A DNA stretch of 22,579 nucleotides from positions 36,460-59,038 of the forward strand of contig CAZXZO010000008.1 in assembly GCA_964645485.1 (NCBI GenBank), given 5' to 3'. The notes beneath the pieces were generated by a model that was given only the letters and a program-made list of their open reading frames with translations, ran no database searches and was not told the origin of the DNA. Each line of letters begins with the position of its first letter. The stretch's first letter is position 1. This DNA is from an uncultured Candidatus Poseidoniales archaeon (GTDB taxonomy: Archaea; Thermoplasmatota; Poseidoniia; Poseidoniales; Thalassarchaeaceae). Made by a program: the position numbers and the translations under genes. Shown in pieces: positions 1 to 8,765 of this stretch.

Positions 1-917
1 TTGAGGTTTTGAATGAGTTCTTTGTATCTGTTACGGATTGTTACTTCTGTAACTCCTGCAACTTCAGCAACTTCTCGCTGTGTGCGGCGCTTACCACACA
101 ATACACTAGCGATGTAAATGATCGATGCCGCTATACCAGTTGGTCCGCGTCCACTTGTCAATTCTTTTTCTTGTGCTGCTTTGATTAATTCGTATGCCTT
201 TGCTTCGACTTCAGCATCTAGACCAAGTCCTGAACAGAATCTTGAGATATAATCCTCAGGACCTGTTGGCATAATTCTCATCTTAAGTTCACGAACCATG
301 AATCGGTATGTTCTACCAATCTCTTTTCGCCCAGTTCTACTTGCCTGACCGATTTCATCGAGTGTTCTTGGTACACCACATTGGCGGCAAGCAGCATACA
401 AACTTGCAGCTGCTACACCTTCAATTGAACGGCCTCTAATTAGCCGCTTTTCAACTGCTTTCTTGTAATTAACAGCGGCTGCTTCACGAACAGACTTTGG
501 TAATTCTAAACGACTTGCCATACGATCAAGTTCAGCTAAAGCCATAGCCAAATTTCGCTCTGTTGCATTCGACACTCTACTTCGCTTCTGCCATTTTCTC
601 ATTCGATAAAATTGAGAACGGAATCTGCTGTTAATTGTCTTACCAGAATAATCCTTGTTTTGCCAATCAATATCAGTTGACAATCCTTTATCGTGTAGCA
701 TCACAGTCATTGGCGCCCCAGTTCGGGCCCTCTGATCACCTTGTTCAGGACTGAATACACGCCACTCTGCACCTTGGTCAATGACGTTATCTTCAATCAC
801 TAATCCACAATCCTGACAAACGGTTTCACCTCTTGTTTGGTCATGGTCAAGACTCCGACTATTACACTCTGGACACTTCACAATATCTTCAATCTGCACC
901 GGTTGTTTTTTTGCCAC
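1..917 (-). CDS. tfb: Transcription initiation factor IIB (TFB), 3' end runs off the window; not in the supplied ORF track
   Basis: Manual translation from GTG at 917: [18 protein letters not shown]...CQDCGLV (Zn ribbon), [54 protein letters not shown], and the C-terminal [29 protein letters not shown]-like GAAGTGAT lies 4 nt upstream. Confidence 0.97.
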   Translation of the reverse strand, partial: MAKKQPVQIEDIVKCPECNSRSLDHDQTRGETVCQDCGLVIEDNVIDQGAEWRVFSPEQGDQRARTGAPMTVMLHDKGLSTDIDWQNKDYSGKTINSRFRSQFYRMRKWQKRSRVSNATERNLAMALAELDRMASRLELPKSVREAAAVNYKKAVEKRLIRGRSIEGVAAASLYAACRQCGVPRTLDEIGQASRTGRKEIGRTYRFMVRELKMRIMPTGPEDYISRFCSGLGLDAEVEAKAYELIKAAQEKELTSGRGPTGIAASIIYIASVLCGKRRTQREVAEVAGVTEVTIRNRYKELIQNL

Positions 918-985
918 ATTAATCACTTCTGTTCTTACCTTACTACCTATGTTAAGAGAAAGGTATAAACGGCGTTCAGCCGGGG

Positions 986-1003
986 TTATATAAGGTTTAG
1001 CGG
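986..1003 (-). promoter_or_regulatory. Candidate BRE + TATA box for tfb
   Basis: Minus strand reads CCGCTAAACC-TTATATAA (TATA 986-993), about 70 nt above the start. A second candidate, TTTATA, is at 964-969. Confidence 0.5.
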
Positions 1004-1088
1004 TTCATTTACACCTAATAATATTCTGAAATATTGGCTTCATATTTTGATTTGATAATGGTGATAAGTAACTGACGCCTCGGAGTGT

Positions 1089-1103
1089 CTGCCCGTAGGG
1101 CAG
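1089..1103 (+). other. Perfect hairpin CTGCCC-GTA-GGGCAG abutting the SD of the aconitase-family gene
   Basis: 6-bp inverted repeat with a GTA loop, directly followed by GGTGATGAGGT-ATG. Confidence 0.5.
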
Positions 1104-1113
1104 GTGATGAGGT

Positions 1114-3111
1114 ATGGCAGAATCGTGGCCGCCAGAAGATATCTCATTGACGCCTGGAAAAAGAATCTTATTTTTGACTAAAAATCTTGATCTTATTCGT
1201 CAACAATTATATGATGGTCTAAATCTATCAATGTCAGATTTCACTGTTGATGACTTATTGGATGATATCAATACAGATGTTATGACTCCTGCTTGGGTCT
1301 GTTTTGACCATGATCCTGCTGAAATTGCCAAAAACGCTTATGCTGGATTAATTCACGAAGGAAAGCGTGTTTTTGAAGAAAACGCTCTGATAAATGGTAA
1401 TTTTGAAGTGATTGTTTCTGGTCACCGAAAAGGAACTGGAAGTAGTAGAGAAACTGCTGCTCAAGCAGAAAAATGGGCGGGTATCAGAATCGTCATAGCC
1501 GCATCTTTTGCACCAATTCATGAAAGAAACAACATCAATCTTGGTCAATTAATGGGTGATCACAAAATGCTTGAAAGACTGCAAAACGGAGCAACTCTTT
1601 CTCTTTCTGAATTTATTGATAAATACGATCCGATTACAAAACTCATCGTTGAAAATGGAGGGATATTCCCCTTTGCAAAACAATTGAAATCAGGTAATAT
1701 TGAACTGCCAACACCTGATTGTGAACAAAGACCAATGACAATGTGTGAGAAAATTATTGCCAAAAAACTACTCGCCAAAAATGGCAAGCATACTTGTGTA
1801 GAACCACATAATGCAGTACTAGCTGCTGTGAATGGTGGATACTCCCATGAGTTTACAACTGCACAAGTACACGAATTCTTGAAACTTGAATATGGAGAAA
1901 ACTACACCTTACCGGACCCAAATAAATTCGCTGTTTTTGAAGACCACTTGCTCTATGCAACTGGTGTACCACGGTTTGGTCCATTCGCAGAAAAAATACA
2001 GACACTACGGGATATGCAAAATCTATTCCAACAACACACTGGAGTTAGAGATTATTCAGCAAAAGATGGTGTCAGCCCGGGAATTTGTCACCAAGTTGCT
2101 AGGGAGGAATTTATTGATGTAGGGGACTTCATTCAAGCAACTGATAGCCACACTTGCATGGGTGGTGCTTCCAACGCACTGACTTATGGTGTGGGCTCAA
2201 CAGAATATGCAAATCTCGCTTACAATCAATTTGCATTCGTGAATGTACCCGAATCTATCCGCTTTGAATTAGAGGGTGAACTCAATCCGGGTTGTACTGC
2301 AAAAGATGTGATTCTACACATTTTATTGGAATACGCAAGCACCTCAGAAACTCTAGACCGTTCAATGGAGTTTGGGGGGCCGGGACTAGCTAGCCTATCT
2401 ATGGATGAACGAGCAACTCTCTGCAATATGGCCACGGAGTGTAGTGCTAAAACAGGGATATGTGAGCCTGATGATGTTACTGTTGAATGGTTGATGAAAC
2501 GTCGAGATAATCTCAGTGAAGATGATATTCGTGCTGCGTTTGTACTCCCTGATGAAGGCGCACATTATGACGGAGGGGTGTACACAATCAATCTCTCCGA
2601 AATTGTACCAATGGTTGCCCACCCGGGTAACCCTGACGAAGGAATCCCATCAGATCCAACAAACGGTGTGAATATTTCTGATATTGGTGATGTTGCAATT
2701 GATATTGCGTATGCTGGTTCATGCACTGCTGGTAAAGCAGATGATTTCCAATACTATGCCGAAGTTGTTGAGGCTGCCCTAGAAGCAGGATTGGATATTC
2801 CTGATGGGGTTGAATGCTACATTCAGTTTGGTTCGAAAGCTGTCAAAGAATATTCAGAGAGAATGGGTTGGAATGATATGTTCATTCAAGCGGGTGTGAA
2901 ATTGATTGACCCAGGGTGTGGGGCTTGTATTGGTGCTGGTCCCGGTGTTTCAGATAATTCAGAACAAGTTACTGTCTCTGCTATCAACCGTAATTTCCAA
3001 GGTAGGTCAGGACCGGGTAAACTCTACCTCGCTAGTCCATTAACTGTAATGGCTAGTGCTTTTGTGGGAAAAATTGTTGCTTGGGAACCAAGTCTCTTTA
3101 CTAGAGTTTGA
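1114..3111 (+). CDS. Aconitase-family hydro-lyase: LeuD-like small (swivel) domain fused N-terminally to a LeuC-like large domain (isopropylmalate/homoaconitate/aconitate-type; substrate uncertain)
   Basis: LeuD motifs DDINTDVMTP, KGTGSSRE, SFAPIHERNNINLG. LeuC motifs MTMCEKII, EDH, GICHQV, TDSHTC, AGSCT, PGCGACIG (three [4Fe-4S] Cys), INRNFQGRSG, YLASP. Confidence 0.9.
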   Translation: MAESWPPEDISLTPGKRILFLTKNLDLIRQQLYDGLNLSMSDFTVDDLLDDINTDVMTPAWVCFDHDPAEIAKNAYAGLIHEGKRVFEENALINGNFEVIVSGHRKGTGSSRETAAQAEKWAGIRIVIAASFAPIHERNNINLGQLMGDHKMLERLQNGATLSLSEFIDKYDPITKLIVENGGIFPFAKQLKSGNIELPTPDCEQRPMTMCEKIIAKKLLAKNGKHTCVEPHNAVLAAVNGGYSHEFTTAQVHEFLKLEYGENYTLPDPNKFAVFEDHLLYATGVPRFGPFAEKIQTLRDMQNLFQQHTGVRDYSAKDGVSPGICHQVAREEFIDVGDFIQATDSHTCMGGASNALTYGVGSTEYANLAYNQFAFVNVPESIRFELEGELNPGCTAKDVILHILLEYASTSETLDRSMEFGGPGLASLSMDERATLCNMATECSAKTGICEPDDVTVEWLMKRRDNLSEDDIRAAFVLPDEGAHYDGGVYTINLSEIVPMVAHPGNPDEGIPSDPTNGVNISDIGDVAIDIAYAGSCTAGKADDFQYYAEVVEAALEAGLDIPDGVECYIQFGSKAVKEYSERMGWNDMFIQAGVKLIDPGCGACIGAGPGVSDNSEQVTVSAINRNFQGRSGPGKLYLASPLTVMASAFVGKIVAWEPSLFTRV

Positions 3112-3278
3112 GTGCCATGGGCAAATCCTTTTGCTAACTTATATTGGCTTTGAAAATATACTGATTTTGCCAAGTTCACCCCACACTGCTTATGACCTGT
3201 CGGACAAGTCGAGGGTTTTGCCGCTAACTAGCCCCTCGTCATACGGCCGAGGGAGGACTGGAGGGAGGGTGAAGAGAC

Positions 3279-5459
3279 ATGGCGTCTACACGTAGCAAAA
3301 TGCAACAAGCAAGTATCAGCGAATTTTTTGAGAAGAATAAACACTTTCTTGGCTTTGATACGCTGAATCGTTCTATCATTACTGCTGCCAAAGAATCTGT
3401 TGACAATTCTCTTGATGCTTGTGAAGAAGCACGATTACTTCCAGATATTCACATTGAAATTAAAAAAATCAAAGGGAAAGCGGATGAACTCATACTGATT
3501 AGTCAAGATAATGGCCCTGGAATTCATCCTGATTCCATCACTAAAGTGTTTGGAAGTTTGCTTTTTGGTTCACGATTTCACACCATCCGTCAAACCAGAG
3601 GACAGCAAGGAATCGGTATCACTGGTGTGGTGATGTACAGCCAACTGACTACTGGGAAAAAAACCCATGTTATCTCTAAAGTCAAGGAAGAAGCAACTGC
3701 AGTTCACGTTGACATTGGACTTGACACGAAGAAAAATAAAGCGATTTCAAGTAACAGAAAAAGAGACCACTGGTTCGATTCAGAAGGGGAAGTAATTGAA
3801 CATGGGGTCAAAGTTCAAGCCCACATGAAAGCAAAGTACCAACGTGGAAGGCAAAGTGTTCACCAATACCTCAGAATGACTTCAATAGTCAATCCCCATG
3901 CATCACTTTCTCTGAAAGTTTACGATGAAGAAGGAGTTATCATTGATGAAGGGAATTGGCCTAGGGTTACTGAAATTCTCCCCCGGCCTGTAGAGGAAAT
4001 TCGACCCCACCCCCACGGCCAAGAAATAGGGTCATTACAACGTTTTCTCAGAGATTCTGAGGACAGGAAAATGACTTCATTTTTACGCCACAATTTCTCA
4101 GGGGTTTCAATGCGGGCTGCTAGAGATATTCTAGCAAAATCTGCTATTGATGAGGCAAGAAAACCAGGCACTATCACCGCGCCAGAAGCACAAGCAATTC
4201 TTCAGGCATTCAAGGAGGTCAAATTACTAGCGCCGCCTACCGATTGTCTATCCCCAATTGAAGACTTACTAATCAAGAAGGGATTGTCTAAAGCCATTGA
4301 TTCCAAATTCGTTTCAACAGTCACGCGAGCCCCGTCTGTAGCCGGGGGAAATCCGTTTCAGGTTGAAGTCGGATTGATTTTTGGCACCGACCTTCCATCA
4401 GACGGCCCAGTCGAGGTTCTCAGAATTGCCAACCGTGTTCCACTAATGTATCAACAAGGTGGATGCCTCCTGACAAAATCAATCGAAAGTGTTGACTGGA
4501 AAAAATATGGTCTTGACCATCCCGGAGGAAGGGGTGTCCCTAAGGGGCCAGCAGCGATTCTAGTTCACCTTGCTAGCACAAATGTCCAATTCACTAGTGA
4601 AGCAAAGGAAGCACTATCTGATAATGAAGAGGTGTTTAACGAAATACGCCTAGCCTTGCAAGAAGTTGGAAGAGGTTTGAGAAACCACAAAAGAAAAAGT
4701 AAGCAGAGAGAAAAGGCTCGTGAAAAATTCGAATTAGTTAACGTGATTCTACCAGAGATAAGTGCAAAATCAAGTGCTATTCTTGGACGGGAGGAGCCTG
4801 ACTTAGCACCTGTCATCACTAACATAATGAATGCTGTATTTTCCGAAGAAGTGTCAGAATGGGATAGTGCTGAAAAGGTCATTAAATGTTCTATAAATTT
4901 GTTCAATTACACTAATCGCCCTCGCCAATACACAATCTTAGCAACTTGGCCCGAACGGGAAGGAGTTGAGATAATTGATGAAAATATTGAAGGAAGACGT
5001 GAAGCTAAAGGATTGAGAAAGTGGAAACTTGAGATATTACAGCCCAGTGAAAACTTAGAAATTTCTTTCTCAATTGATGGTCTATCAAAAGGGGATTGGA
5101 ATCAATTTGATGTGTTCTTCCGCGGCTCTGGTGAAATTATCGGGGCAATGAAGTTGGATGAGAATATACTTCAAGAAATCAGACGAGAAGAAATAGCCGC
5201 AATGGAAGACTCATTAGTAACTGAAGATGAGATGGAATCAAATGTTGTGGAGTCACAAGAAATTGGAACCAATGAGGTTGGTGATGAATCAACAAGCGCA
5301 GACCACAACGACTCAATTTCTTCCACAGATAATGACACTACCCAATCTCCCCCCTCTAATGTTGATGCAGATTTGACAAATGGAGAGAGGCCAGAACCTA
5401 CCTCAAATAATACTGTACAAGTCAAACTTTTTGAGAAAGATGAATGGGGTGATGAATGA
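3279..5459 (+). CDS. top6B: DNA topoisomerase VI subunit B with acidic disordered C-terminal tail
   Basis: SISEFFEKNKHFLGFD; GHKL motifs KESVDNSLDACEE, DNGPGI, GSRFH..QTRGQQGIG; H2TH region; transducer RIANRVPLMYQQGGC and STNVQFTSEAKEA. Overlaps top6A by ATGA. Confidence 0.97.
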   Translation: MASTRSKMQQASISEFFEKNKHFLGFDTLNRSIITAAKESVDNSLDACEEARLLPDIHIEIKKIKGKADELILISQDNGPGIHPDSITKVFGSLLFGSRFHTIRQTRGQQGIGITGVVMYSQLTTGKKTHVISKVKEEATAVHVDIGLDTKKNKAISSNRKRDHWFDSEGEVIEHGVKVQAHMKAKYQRGRQSVHQYLRMTSIVNPHASLSLKVYDEEGVIIDEGNWPRVTEILPRPVEEIRPHPHGQEIGSLQRFLRDSEDRKMTSFLRHNFSGVSMRAARDILAKSAIDEARKPGTITAPEAQAILQAFKEVKLLAPPTDCLSPIEDLLIKKGLSKAIDSKFVSTVTRAPSVAGGNPFQVEVGLIFGTDLPSDGPVEVLRIANRVPLMYQQGGCLLTKSIESVDWKKYGLDHPGGRGVPKGPAAILVHLASTNVQFTSEAKEALSDNEEVFNEIRLALQEVGRGLRNHKRKSKQREKAREKFELVNVILPEISAKSSAILGREEPDLAPVITNIMNAVFSEEVSEWDSAEKVIKCSINLFNYTNRPRQYTILATWPEREGVEIIDENIEGRREAKGLRKWKLEILQPSENLEISFSIDGLSKGDWNQFDVFFRGSGEIIGAMKLDENILQEIRREEIAAMEDSLVTEDEMESNVVESQEIGTNEVGDESTSADHNDSISSTDNDTTQSPPSNVDADLTNGERPEPTSNNTVQVKLFEKDEWGDE

Positions 5460-6562
5460 TGAATGCTAGTAGAGGAAAAACGAATGAAAGTGTGGTTGCT
5501 TCATTGCATGAGGTTGCAGAAGAAATGCATAACAAAATGATGAAAGGGACCGCTCCAACAATGTCATTACCTGTAAGAACAAAGAAAAACATTGAGTTTA
5601 ACAAAAGGTTAGGGGTTTTCAAGTATGGAAAAAAGCGTTCACTTCGTGATGCGACCTCACTCCGTTCTGCTAACCAATTACTTCGGGCTTTGCATATTAT
5701 CGAATTTATTGAGGAGATGATTGACAATGGTAAATCTTCAACTCTGAGAGAGATGTACTATATTTCCGAAGCATGGGGACATGGAAAGTTTGGTAGTCAA
5801 AACGAAAGCAATAATCTTGCTGAAGACCTTGAAATTGTCACAAAATGCATGCGTGAAGATTTCAAACTAAGACCAGAAGAAGATGGGGCGAGAATGATTG
5901 GAGACATCACCATCAACGAACGAAATCGGAAAGGCGACTGGATGACAATTAATGCTCGTGACGATGTCGGCGATTCTGGATATGGTGTCCCTTACAATGT
6001 TGAATCTGAAAAATTAAGATTAATTGCAAATGATGTAGATTTCATTATGGCAATCGAAACAGGTGGTATGTTTGACAGATTAGTTGAAAATGGATTTGAC
6101 GAAGAACATCGAGCCGGTTTGCTTCATCTTAAAGGGCAGCCTGCACGTTCCACTCGCCGAATTTTGAAAAGGATGAATGAAGAATGGAATCTACCAATCG
6201 TTGTATTCCTTGACGGCGACCCCTGGTCATTTAGAATATTCGCTAGTATTGCATATGGCGCAATTAAGACCGCTCATATCTCTGAATTTTTGGCGACACC
6301 ATCAGCAACATATCTAGGAATTACTGCTGATGATATCATGGCTTACGATCTCCCTGCTGATGATTTATCTAGCAAGGATGTTGAAGCGTTGAAAGCGGAA
6401 TTAAGTGACCCACGGTTTGCCGATGGATGGTGGCAGGACCAAATCAATATGATGTTAGAACTCGGTAAAAAGGCTGAACAGCAGTCTTTAGCAAAGTATG
6501 GTCTTGACTTCGTGACAGACACGTATCTACCTGAAAAATTGGCAGGATTAGGTCTAATCTAA
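5456..6562 (+). CDS. top6A: DNA topoisomerase VI subunit A (Spo11-like); start may be the second ATG at 5459
   Basis: STLREMYY (catalytic Tyr), TOPRIM motifs AIETGGMF and [17 protein letters not shown]. Adjacent to top6B, with SD GGGGTGAT at 5446-5453. Confidence 0.97.
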   Translation: MMNASRGKTNESVVASLHEVAEEMHNKMMKGTAPTMSLPVRTKKNIEFNKRLGVFKYGKKRSLRDATSLRSANQLLRALHIIEFIEEMIDNGKSSTLREMYYISEAWGHGKFGSQNESNNLAEDLEIVTKCMREDFKLRPEEDGARMIGDITINERNRKGDWMTINARDDVGDSGYGVPYNVESEKLRLIANDVDFIMAIETGGMFDRLVENGFDEEHRAGLLHLKGQPARSTRRILKRMNEEWNLPIVVFLDGDPWSFRIFASIAYGAIKTAHISEFLATPSATYLGITADDIMAYDLPADDLSSKDVEALKAELSDPRFADGWWQDQINMMLELGKKAEQQSLAKYGLDFVTDTYLPEKLAGLGLI

Positions 6563-7317
6563 TCGTCTGTTCCTAGGACCGCCCACCACGGCAATTGCGA
6601 CTTATTCCCAGCGATGATCACTGTTCTATCTGCGTCTGCAATTTCATACATCATCCTCTCTCTTACCTCTGTGATGATGGCTTCTGCCCGAGGAACCTCG
6701 AGGCGAAGGGTCTCACTCCATGCATCCAAATCTACGGGGCGACGAGGTCTTTCTAACAAAGTGTGCACCAGATTACGTTCTTCGTATTGGAGAAAATTCT
6801 CATCCACTGTTGAAGATACTCTACTCATTACTTGTTGGTGTAGAGCAATTAAGGCGTCTCTTTGTGCATCAAGCGCCTCAAGAGTTTCATTCAGTTGCCC
6901 GACTAAATCCATCCCCTCAGCTACTGATACCTTTCTTCGACCCCCTATTTTTTCTGCGACTGGTATTGCTGAATCGGGCAATCTAGAGGACAATCTCACC
7001 GGGCCACCCGCGGGCAAGGTTCTGTGATCTGAGCGAAATAAGTCTGGACCCAAATCTAAACGTAAAGAAAATGATTGTTTGACTGAAAAAATCTTCTTTG
7101 GAGGACCACCCTTATCGCTTCTTACTTGTTCAGATTGAACGAATCCAGCCTCCTCCAAAACTTTCAGGTGTTTCATCACTGCTTGCTGACTAATTTCAAG
7201 ATGTTTTGACAATTGAAGTGGATAATGTGGCTCCCTAACTAACATCTCAAGAATTAGCCGGCGGGCTTTATTTTCGAGAATAGTTAGAGCAGTGTCAAAG
7301 TCAACCACACTATTCAA
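6559..7317 (-). CDS. ArsR-family winged-HTH transcriptional regulator with helical C-terminal extension
   Basis: LENKARRLILEML..EPHYPLQLSKHLEISQQAVMKHLKVLEEAGFV..GGPPKKIF. TTG start at 7317 (or GTG at 7308). Confidence 0.85.
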   Translation of the reverse strand: MNSVVDFDTALTILENKARRLILEMLVREPHYPLQLSKHLEISQQAVMKHLKVLEEAGFVQSEQVRSDKGGPPKKIFSVKQSFSLRLDLGPDLFRSDHRTLPAGGPVRLSSRLPDSAIPVAEKIGGRRKVSVAEGMDLVGQLNETLEALDAQRDALIALHQQVMSRVSSTVDENFLQYEERNLVHTLLERPRRPVDLDAWSETLRLEVPRAEAIITEVRERMMYEIADADRTVIIAGNKSQLPWWAVLGTDD

Positions 7318-7342
7318 CCCAAGGTTGTGTAATAGGCCGCCT

Positions 7343-7350
7343 TGTAAAAA
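7343..7350 (-). promoter_or_regulatory. Candidate TATA box for the ArsR gene (leaderless geometry)
   Basis: TTTTTACA on the minus strand, about 26 nt above the TTG at 7317. Confidence 0.4.
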
Positions 7351-7368
7351 CCCACCTGCATTTAGTGA

Positions 7369-8649
7369 TTATATATCACCAAATTCTACAATTCTAGATT
7401 CTTGCATAGAAATATCAGCAGCAAAAGCAATTTTATGGCTATTCAATGAATCACTCAATGATGTAGTTGCAAGAGATGGTTTCTCACCTCTAACCAGACT
7501 CAGAAAGTCCCTCACTAGGCGTAAATCCCCCCCGCCATGCATGTCATCAATAACCCCGGTATCAACGACCTCTTCTGTGTACTCTTCTCCTTCAATTGCT
7601 GCCGGTCTGTATATTGTGAATTTACCACTAATCATATCACCAAATATCTCACCTTTAGTTCCTACAATCTGAATCCTACGAGTTGCTCTAGAACTGTTAC
7701 TGACTAAGTCATGGGTTGCAAGGCTGCCATTATCAAACTCAATGATGACTGATTGACGGTCTGCAACATCATTTTCACTACGCCAAACACAGCGTCCATA
7801 ATCTGTTGAAGAAATATGTTCTGCTGAAGATATATCATCTACTTTTTCACCTTGCTCATACTTTTTTTCACCTGCTAAGGCGTAAAATGGCCACCAATCA
7901 TTGTCGATATAATGGCGCTTTGCTGAATACTGGCAATCACGTTCAATATCACATTCAAAACAATTCTCACCAGCACCCTCAGGGGCGTTGTTAGAGGTGA
8001 AGAAGTAGCGCCCGCCCATTGATGAAATCTTAGAGGGTTTGATTCCACTATTAAACCAACAAATTAGGTCTAAGTCATGACAGCATTTTGCTAACATAAT
8101 TGGGTTGACTGCACGATTTTTCCATTTACCCCTCACGAATGCTACAACCATATGATGATAAGATACATTTTCTGTTGAATGAATATGAATTATTTCACCT
8201 ATTTCACCTTCAACAATCCTCTTTTGAATCTCATTGTAGAATGGAGCATACCTCAAGACATGACAAATAGCAACTTTCACACCAGCCTTTGAAACAGCAT
8301 CATCAAGCAAATTTAGTTCACTAGAATTTGGTGCAATTGGCTTTTCCAATAACACATGGTACCCTGCTTCTACAAGAGGGATTGTTGTTTCAACATGGAC
8401 TTCATCCATCGTTCCATTGATTGCAATATCTGCAAATCTGGGAATTGCTGCTAATTCTTCGCTTGAAGAGTAACATCTGTCAACCGGGATATTGTATTTT
8501 TCAGCAAAAATTGCCAACCTATCACTGTCGGGGTCGGCTAAGCCAACAACTTCCATTTCTTCTGGGTGCAAAAGAGCATAGGATGCATAGCAAGCAGTTC
8601 TATGGCCCAACCCAACAAGCACGGCTCTTACCCTAGACATACCCCCCAT
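7369..8649 (-). CDS. Gfo/Idh/MocA family NAD(P)-dependent oxidoreductase (likely start 8640)
   Basis: N-terminal Rossmann AVLVGLGHR, GYHVLLEKP, CHVLRYAPFY, LAKCCHDLD, HGGGD. Confidence 0.9.
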   Translation of the reverse strand: MGGMSRVRAVLVGLGHRTACYASYALLHPEEMEVVGLADPDSDRLAIFAEKYNIPVDRCYSSSEELAAIPRFADIAINGTMDEVHVETTIPLVEAGYHVLLEKPIAPNSSELNLLDDAVSKAGVKVAICHVLRYAPFYNEIQKRIVEGEIGEIIHIHSTENVSYHHMVVAFVRGKWKNRAVNPIMLAKCCHDLDLICWFNSGIKPSKISSMGGRYFFTSNNAPEGAGENCFECDIERDCQYSAKRHYIDNDWWPFYALAGEKKYEQGEKVDDISSAEHISSTDYGRCVWRSENDVADRQSVIIEFDNGSLATHDLVSNSSRATRRIQIVGTKGEIFGDMISGKFTIYRPAAIEGEEYTEEVVDTGVIDDMHGGGDLRLVRDFLSLVRGEKPSLATTSLSDSLNSHKIAFAADISMQESRIVEFGDI

Positions 8650-8765
8650 GGTTTTGTGAGGAGAGGTTCACACACTTGAGACTCGCGAGGATTAGATTGT
8701 CAAAAAAACGGGTAGTTGCTTGACTCAAGCACACAAGCATCAAAGGTGATAGGCAGGAGGGGATA

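Noticed and set aside
1020-1035. AATATT-CTGA-AATATT repeat between divergent promoters
   Set aside because: Low-complexity AT hexamers in an AT-rich spacer; plausible by chance.
1089-1103. Iron-responsive element at an aconitase-family 5' end
   Set aside because: Lacks the CAGUGN loop and bulged C of an IRE; kept only as a generic hairpin.
3056-3295. 79-aa ORF spanning the aconitase-top6B intergenic region
   Set aside because: Overlaps both neighbours, has no SD or motif, and the region is better explained as promoter/leader.
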